64,000 nt of DNA, from assembly GCA_951406725.2 (NCBI GenBank), contig OX597823.1, forward strand, positions 65,782,001 to 65,846,000, given 5' to 3'. The notes beneath the pieces are model-generated. The model was not told the DNA's origin. It saw only the letters and a list, made by a program, of their open reading frames with translations, and searched no databases. Numbering within the stretch: the first letter of the stretch is position 1; the number at the start of each line of letters is the position of its first letter. Below, piece by piece: positions 55,351-64,000 of this stretch. Made by a program: the position numbers and the translations under genes. Source of the DNA: Octopus vulgaris (taxonomy: Eukaryota).

Positions 55351-56626
55351 ATGCCCTGAGTTTAAGGTTTATCTCTGAAATAACAGGAATTTTGAAAATC
55401 GCAAATATTTAGGCCATGCAATTTTCCCAACATGACCAGTGCCAAATTATGATTGTCTATCTTTACTCCTTTCAATCCGATATTCTATAGAATCGAAGCT
55501 GGATAGGTATCTCTCTTTCTTTCACTTTTTCACACTTACCTTTTCTCTCTCTCCTTCTCCATTTCTATCTGATCTCTGATTCACTCTGTTGATTCCTCTT
55601 ATATTTTTAATTACTAAAACTATTGATCACTACATATTTTAGAAATAATTACTTGCTAATACGGCTTAGGCAGCTGAATTGTTATGATAACATAAATAAT
55701 CATTCCAAATAATACCATTACCTTTTTGCATGTGGAAGTATTAATATCTTCATCGATATTTCTAAACTTAATCTTATTTTGTCCTTAGAAACGTATTTCA
55801 AATTTCAAGTACCAAACGTTACAAAAACAATCAAAAGAATAATTGAAATCTTCCATACGTCATTTTGTCAATTTCTTTTTTACAATTTTTGCTTTCTTAT
55901 TAAATAAATATTGAATACATTACCCATTTTTCCATTTCTCACCGGAAATATGTTGTTCGTGAGTTGTGGGTATATTTGAAAGCTTATTAAGTAAAACATA
56001 TGATAAAGGTGAAATAAATAAACAGAACCAATCAAATTTTAGAAGAAAAATTTTTGATAGTTAAATTTCTGTTGTGGCATTTTGACAAGAAGATGCAATA
56101 TCTGACAGCACTGAGTAATGTATTCTTTCAACACTTAAGCTGATTCAGTGAATTTCTCTCTCTCTTTCTTTCTCTGTTTATCTCCCTATAAATCTGTTTA
56201 TATGTATGTGTTTGTCACAAGATAAATTTCATAACTGAAGAAATTACATGAAATAACGATTAGATACGTAAAACACGATGTTTATATTTAGTTTCCTTTT
56301 CTAAAGACACACATACACAAAAACCACAGGCGTTCACATATATACTTTCACATGCACAGGCATATATACAAAAATAAATACATTCACTCACGCACAAACA
56401 CACATATATGAGTGTATGCTTATACATCTAATTGCCTATCTATCTATATATATGTGTATATAGTATATGCACATGTACACACACACACACATGTATATGT
56501 AGCTACAAAAACATCATGTAGCTTTAGCAGTAAAACATATTTCTCTACCTCCGGTATTCGAATACTATTTTTTCCCACATTGTTTCACATTATGTTCTTA
56601 CTCTGGTATGGAAAAATATAAATAAG

Positions 56627-56663
<37 letters not shown>

Positions 56664-56901
56664 CACATCGACATTATTCCTTTGCAAGCTAATATAACTA
56701 CAAACAAGACATTTACTAATTGATGACTTACTACTTGAGAGTAAAATCATAAAGTAAGGATTCTATATAGGCCTTGATGACAGGCACTCCCAAATTTTCC
56801 TAATTGCTTATTCAACAAGGTGGTAAATGAACGCTCGGCTGAAACCTGAAGTCATTGTCAAAATAGTCTGCATATTTTTTATGAGTGCATACATATATGA
56901 A

Positions 56902-56939
<38 letters not shown>

Positions 56940-57454
56940 CACACATATGTTTATGAAGTAAAAGCTGCTCTAGCATAATAATAAACCATTCGTGTATTTT
57001 CAGTTGGCTACAATGGCCTAGTGAGGTATATAAATCTCATGTCAACGGCGTTAAAATACCTTAGAGCCATATACTGGTGAAATAACTCACTCTCAATCCT
57101 GTTTGGGAGTGATGGACATGGATATTCGCCACTTTTGTGACTTATCAACACCACTTAGCCGCCTGGTGTGAAGGTGAGTCAGCTAGACAGTCCAACGAAT
57201 TATATGCTCATGATTGAAAAATCATCAGCTGGTATGCTCGGAAATTGTATATCTAAGAGAAAATTTACATATGAAGGAAAATCGGTCGTATAGATCGTGT
57301 CGTATAGCTAACAGGAAACGATGTCTCCTGGGGCTAAATTACAGCAACATTCGTCCTAAACCAGGAATAACATGTTATGTTGGCAAACAATCATTTGCAC
57401 AATGTAGAGTATATACAACCAGCACTGCCTATACAAACTTAACATCAGATTCAG

Positions 57455-57490
<36 letters not shown>

Positions 57491-57592
57491 TCAGGGTGGA
57501 TACTTGATAATTGTAAGCACCTGTATATACCATTTGGTGGTGTAGGTGGTAGAGTATATTAATCAAAATAAAAACATGATGCCAAGGATTCA

Positions 57593-57670
57593 GCGGTACA
57601 TATGTTTCCGGCCTTTATTAGACGGATTTATAACAATGCATAATGTGTGTCTATGGCCTTCTTCAGCCGT
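57593..57670 (-). ncRNA. Type I hammerhead ribozyme (left arm)
   Basis: Minus strand acgg CUGAAGA aggcc a uagac...gucua auaaa ggccg GAAAC auau GUA ccgc. Confidence 0.72.
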
Positions 57671-57922
57671 GCACAATTACTACTTCAAGGACATGTATCA
57701 CATCATAAATTCTACGTTGGGGATGCAAATCCTCACAGTCGCGTACGACAGAGTGGGGCACCAGCACAAAAACGATGTACCAGCACAATGTAGAATCTAC
57801 ATTGAGTGAAAGACGCTTCGTTTTTGTGCTGGTGCCCCACTCTGTCGTACGCGACTGTGAGGATTTGCATCCCCAACGTAGAATTTATGATGTAATACAT
57901 GTCCTTGAAGTAGTAATTGTGC

Positions 57923-58000
57923 GCGGCTGAAGAAGGCCATAGACACACATTATGCATTGTTATAAATCCGTCTAATAAAGGCCCGAAACATATGTACCGC
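57923..58000 (+). ncRNA. Type I hammerhead ribozyme (right arm)
   Basis: gcgg CUGAAGA aggcc a uagac...gucua auaaa ggccc GAAAC auau GUA ccgc; palindromic stem III ACAUAUGU. Confidence 0.8.
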
Positions 58001-58030
58001 TGAATCCTTGGCATCATGTTTTTATTTTAA

Positions 58031-58108
<78 letters not shown>

Positions 58109-58589
58109 TGTATGTATGTATGTATATGTATATGTATATGTAGATATGTATATACAAAGAGAGAGAGAGAGGGGGACAGAGGGTAGAAAGACAGTCAGAC
58201 AGATAGACAGATAGACAGACAAATAGATAGATAGACAGATTGATTAATTGATTGAGTGAGTGAACAGGAAGGGTTTAGGCCACTTCTGATCTAAGCCAAT
58301 AGATACGCAACCTGAGTGCTCCAAATGATAAGCTACTAGGATCCAAGTTCACAACGGGGCATGTGTTGGGGATATGTAGCCTGATTTCTAGTCAGCGAGT
58401 TTAAATTGAAACGTCGCACATATACTAAATAGAAACTGTTTTATTAACAGATTGCCACAGCATTGATTTAAGACTACTAATTAAGAAACCGTTCTTTCCT
58501 AATGCCAAAACGTTATTTCCTGAAACATGTTTGACCTCACATGATGTCACGGGATGACGGAGTATTCTGGATTCAAAGAGATAAATTCA

Positions 58590-59340
58590 ATATCTCGTGT
58601 GACCACCGTTAGCGTTAGTTACCACCAGGCATCTTCTGTACACTGAATACACCAAACGAATGATGAAGGCCATGGAGAATGCAGCTCACTCTCTGTTAAA
58701 CCTCGCAGTGAGTTGTGCCGCAGTGAGTTGAGCGTTGGACGGATGTCATTTATCCTTCTTTGGATTTGGTCCCACATATGCCTATGGGGTTCGAGTCCGG
58801 ACTTAAGACAGGCCATGGCAGTGCCTGTATGTTGTGCTATTGGAGGAAGTTTGTTGTCAACCTGGCAGTATGGGCACGAGCGCTATCATGTTCGAGCACA
58901 TGATTCCGATGATGGGAAATGCATGACACAATGTGAGACCTCAACGCTTGGTCGATGTAGCGTGCAGTTGTTACTCCATAGCCCCAGGCTTGGCCGATGA
59001 TTTAGAAGACCACCGGTTCAAGTTTCTGGTTGAGTGCAATCCCGCCCCATACAATGATGCTCTCTCCTCCCCATGAATCTTCCTCCACCATACAGCCATC
59101 GGAATGACGTTTACTCCTTCTTCCCCAAACCCTAGCTATACCATCTGCCACAGAAATGCAATATCGACTTTAGTGAGAGAAGACTACAGTCCGCCACTGC
59201 TGATATCACCAATCCCGATCTTTCTGAGCCCACTACAGATGTGTCCGTCGATGACGATCTGTGAGTGAGGATGGAGCCTCTGGCGAACTGTCTCTGCACA
59301 AATAGGCATGTGATGACATCATATAGTCTGTTATCGGCCA
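58590..59340 (-). pseudogene. Disrupted Tc1-family transposase
   Basis: Minus strand AETVRQRLH, WRTVVFS..SR (FSDESR), WGGESIIVWGGIA, EHDSARAHTA (QDNARPH), WPALSPDSNPI-type motif then HMWDQIQRRI. Confidence 0.85.
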
Positions 59341-59867
59341 GAAGTTCAAATGCAATTTCTGCTATGATCAATAATATTGCTTCCACTCTGGAGGCACCGG
59401 TAAGGAACTTGCCGGGAATGGGACAAAAACATCACGAAACGAGACGGGATCTAGACGAGACTGTTAGTGGACGGACAGGGAGAAAATAAACAGAATAAAT
59501 GCTTACGGCCACACGAAGACAACAATTAATAATGATAATAACAGATATACAACAACAAAAAAAGCCTTGGGGCTGCAAGACAAGACGGAAGTGGGTAACG
59601 TGAAGAAGAAATGACAACGGTCCTAAAGGACTATAGACACCGGAGGGGTAGAGCGAGGAGCTCAGAAAATCATGACCAAGGCTACACGAAAACTAATGAC
59701 ACTACTTTAGGTCGTCATGAGTCACGTGATAGTGGGAGGAGGGTAACAATGGAAGGCAGAGAGGGAGAGAGAGACAGAGAAGAGAAATTAAGAAAAGCAA
59801 AGTAAAGGAGACAGAGTGGCACAAAATTTCTACAAATGGGTAAAAAAATTCATGAGTGCTTGTGTTA

Positions 59868-59884
59868 CACACACACACACACAT

Positions 59885-59959
<75 letters not shown>

Positions 59960-60055
59960 CACATATATGTATATGCATGTATGTATGCATATATATATCT
60001 ATATGTATATTTATACATATATATATGCATACATATATACATACATATATTTATA

Positions 60056-60104
<49 letters not shown>

Positions 60105-60195
60105 ATATATATATATATATGTGTGTATATCATATATACATATATATATATATACACATATGTATATATATATATAATATATATATATATGTATA

Positions 60196-60246
<51 letters not shown>

Positions 60247-60305
60247 GAGAGAGAGAGAGAGGAGGGCGAGAGAAAAAGAGGGGGAGAGAAATAGATAGAT
60301 ATAAA
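59868..60305. repeat. Large (CA)/(TA)/(GA) microsatellite block, representative of dozens in the window
   Basis: Direct reading; similar blocks at about 3830-4690, 34115-34440, 39390-39545, 44110-44570 and 47236-47440. Confidence 0.95.
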
Positions 60306-61391
60306 CAATAGGCAGTGTGGCAGGGAGAGAGGCTTTTATTTTCATCTATTATGCCAGTGCTCCCGAGAAGTTAAATGGCGTGTGTACATACGCGCACTGA
60401 CGTAGGTGCCAGCTAGCGTACGTCTGTGATTTTTATATCTACAAAAATATGTTTATACATGCATACGTATATTTATATATTTATATATAGAGAGGGAGAT
60501 TGAGAATGAGAGAGAAAGAGAAAGTCAAAACAATAGACAGACTGGTTGGGAAAGAGAGAGAGAAAGAGAGAGAGAGACTTTGTTTTCATCTACTATGCCA
60601 ATGCTTCCGAGAAGTTAAATGACGTGTGTATAAAACAAATTAAGCATAACTAATGAAACCTCATGAAAACAGAACGCTACAGCCTGAAATTCAATCTAAT
60701 TTACTAATTTAACACTGTCGTAATTAGTTTAGTGCCTAATAGTTTCCAAAAATCTTTGACAAGTTGTCTTTTCTGTAGATGTAATATTATAGATATCTAT
60801 TAGTTGAGTATTTATCTTCAGCAGAACGTTCGATTTGTACAACCATGAGAGAGTATTATCGGTCGAACATCTATTTCATCTCAATCATTATGTGAAAATA
60901 ACTATGAGAAAGAAGGAAATTGAACCGATATCGAATATTTTTTTTTAGTTTTGCTTGAGTGTTTTTGTATTGATAATTTTATCAGTATATTTTGTTAAGA
61001 TACAGACAGAAAGCAATGTAGAGCAGTATGTGAGACACAGAAGACTGACTGAAGCGATACAGTGTCATAATTTTTAAGATGAGTTCCAATGGTTCATAGA
61101 GCACCAGACAGTCGTGTATGTTTTGTTTTGCTTTAGCTTGTCAATCTCGTTTAATCAGGCTTCACATTATAGCCTTAATCCTCGTCAATAGAATAGCAGA
61201 ATCAACATAGATGTACGTATACATACACATACCTATGTGTGTGTACATATACATATGGATCATTTATATATGTATGCATATTCACATACCCTCACACACA
61301 TATATATATTCATATATGTAATATATATTTGTATATATAAATATTAATATGTGTGTATGTATAAATATATCTATCTATCTTATCTATCTAT

Positions 61392-63245
61392 CTGGACCTC
61401 AAAGTAAGAGAAATTTTCCTAGATCCAGAGAGTAGGCTGGTCGTCTTTAATGTTGTTGGCAGTAATGGGTGTGATTTTCGACTGATAACAGTTTATGCAC
61501 CGTCCTTAAAGTGATCGGCCAGATTTCTTTCGACGTCTAGAGGTTTTCCTGGGAACGTCTCGACCTTTATTTTTAGTGAGGGATTTGAACGCTGCCCTGG
61601 ACACGCATCTAGACTACGTGGGCAGATATAGTAATACGAGGGGATGTAAATGCTTCAAAACCTGCTCAGATGTTTACAACTGTCTGACATGTACCGACTG
61701 GACCACCCGAATGTGCTAATGTGGACATGGAGGAACCGCATCGGGTTGTCCAGAACGTATTTAGATAGAGTATTCTGTAGTGGGTAATGATAGTGCACAA
61801 TTTCATATAGTCAGCTACACAGATCACCAATTTGTGACTTGTACATTTCACTTAGATAAGACACAGGGGGAGGGTCCCGGTTACTGGTAGATGAACGCTT
61901 CGTTCACGGCACGCCAGTCTTACAGGGATCGGATTAGTACGTTAATTAAGAAAGCATTGACGGGTGCCATCGTCAGCAATAGATGGTGATATGCCCTACA
62001 GAAAGCAATTAAAGCAGGATCGCTTAGGTACAAAAAGGCCCAAGTATTAGACCGAAATAGAATAGGAGACCTAGTTAAGAAATTAGAAGAGGCACTTAGA
62101 ACTGGCATAGCGTCCAACGTACTTCAACGCTAAATACGAAGGATGCGTTGCAGAGCTAGGATGCGTGCTTAGAGGAACGAAGGAGTTGGAGTCGTCAGAG
62201 AGACCCAAGTGGCGGAGGCACAACGCGGCAACAAAGCCACCATTAGGTCCCTGACAGCTGAACATGGGTGCGAATTACTCGAGTCTGAAAGGATGTGTAA
62301 GGCCTTTCAACAACAACTTACCCGACTGTTCGGGACAACTGGTGGCACAGAACGCAGAGTGGACTTTACTGCCTACCTGCATAGTATGCCACGACTCTCG
62401 GTAAGAAAGGCGGAGTACTGGATGCGATGGCAGGCTATACGGGAAACAAGTTATCAGGGTTGGATGGTCTGCCCTACGAACTTTATTTTCATATGCCAGA
62501 CTTGTTTGGACGTGTCTTGGCAGCTGTCTACTCTAACTGGCAGCAAAACCGGAGTATCCCCGACTCTGTAAAGCTAAGAGCGGTGGCACTGCGAAAGAAA
62601 GATCAAAGAAAGGAGAACGTCATAGATAACTTCAGGCCCATCACTCTACCCAACGCAGATTTGAAGATTTTTGGCCAAGGTGTTAGCTGAGAGGTTGGTG
62701 CTTGTCATCGAGAAACTGGTCGACATCTCGCAAACGTGCGCCGTGCCGGATAGGAGTATCCATGACAACCTCCATCTGATGCACTACATCATAGACAGGG
62801 TTGTTAAGGAACCTGGCATGGGTAGTGCGCTGATAAATTTGGAACAGTCAAAACCATTCGATAGGGTAGACTATCACTTCTTGGAGGCTGTCCTTAGAGC
62901 GGCTGGTTTAGGTCCCGCTTACACGGTTGGATCGCTGCCTTATACAACAGCATCCACTTTTCGTGGAAGGGAAGCGTTCCCATGGTTAGGCGATCCCTTT
63001 GCTGTCAACACCCGCTAAATGGACAGCTCGGCATACCGTAGTTGATGATGCGCAGACATGCGCTGAAACTGCGGCATCTCCGGCGTTTCATAGACGATGG
63101 TGAACAGGTGCGGTCGCTGTTTGTGCGGCGCGCTTTCCCGCAGCTCGTCTCTTTAGCCGAACTGCAGTCGTGGATCATGAAACAGAGATTGAAGCTAGGC
63201 GAATGACACCGCGAGTGCCGCCTTGTTTCAAGCATCTCTGCCGTC
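61392..63245 (+). mobile_element. Degenerate Tx1/L1-group LINE ORF2 (APE and N-terminal RT), internally deleted
   Basis: FRLITVYAP, DLNAALD, WTWRN, YLDRV, TDHQFV, GPGYW*MN, GLDGLPYE, NFRPITLPNADLKI, AKVLAERL, QTCAVPDRSIHDNL, SKPFDRVD; jumps to post-RT sequence near 62955. Confidence 0.9.
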
Positions 63246-64000
63246 CAAGACCAAACTTGTGCGTCTTCAATTCCACAAATTGAATCACGTTGATTTTATA
63301 CCCTTAACTCAAATGGTGTCATCTCATTTACTCGAAGGCTACCGAAGATCGCACCGGGATTTATTTTTACACTTTAACAGGGTGCATATAAAATTATGAC
63401 GGCAATTCCTGTACACACACAACACACGCACTCACACACACAGATAGACATATGTATGTATATACGGATACGTGTGTATGTGAGTGTGTGTGTGTGCATG
63501 TGTGTGTGTGTGTGTACAGGGTTTGCCATCATATTTCTATATGCGTCATGTTAAATTGTAAATATATATTTTTGCATATTATTTCTTCCGTGTTCAGCAA
63601 TAAGTATAATGGCAGCTTTTAAATACTCAATATATCGACCATTTAACACCGGCCATTTCATTTATTACTGAACATCGAAGACGTAAATGAAAAGATTATA
63701 TAGCTTTTCAACGTTGACTATGTAATCATGAAGGTAATTTGCCGAATCGTGTGCATGTTGTATTACGCATTAAACACAAACCTCTTTTCTGTATTTTTTA
63801 TATGTGTACTTCCCTCTATCGATCCACGTGCGTATTTCAGACTTGAAATCGTTTCGTCGATTTCTTAGTATCGAATATTTAAAGAACTTTCTAATATAAA
63901 AGATCGAATATATATTCTATATACTTTAACACTGCTAACCCCACAAAATTATGTTCACAAAAGTATTTGATTAATTCGAAGTTACAATCTAATTTACTTG

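Larger units (their letters stand above)
57566..58028. repeat. Near-perfect long palindrome (~210-bp arms, 42-bp spacer)
   Basis: 57566-57775 versus 57818-58028, three mismatches seen; the spacer holds its own hairpin CAATGTAGA-A-TCTACATTG; the duplicated ORF text MMPRIQRYICF.. on both strands confirms it. Confidence 0.97.

Noticed and set aside
57546-58017. Pair of near-identical ORFs (87 and 94 aa) on opposite strands
   Set aside because: A by-product of the palindrome, with no recognisable domain

Overview
AT-rich, microsatellite-saturated animal non-coding DNA. It is most likely octopus/coleoid cephalopod, inferred from SINE families recognised from memory and not verified by search. No host protein-coding gene can be supported, and nearly all ORFs in the track are translations of simple repeats. 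The window is a layered transposon graveyard: a full-length but broken MULE/FLYWCH element with TIRs and TSD, a CR1/L2-group LINE, a non-autonomous Helitron carrying a nested TIR element, a hAT-type element containing a 38-nt U2 snRNA 5' fragment, Tc1 and mariner remnants, RTE, R4/Dong and Tx1/L1 LINE pieces, two Penelope-like (PLE) coding remnants, and many tRNA-SINEs. The standout signal is a dispersed set of type I minimal hammerhead ribozyme (HHR) motifs: at least 7 near-complete and several decayed, from about 5-7 sequence families. They have covarying stems and mostly palindromic stem III. They sit in (TA)n-embedded tandem or inverted repeats. The best case is a 546-bp x 2.3 tandem array (16465-17722) with one HHR per unit, the layout expected of a retrozyme/circular-RNA-producing element. 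The second is a ~98% identical ~470-bp palindrome (57566-58028) carrying two divergent HHRs.
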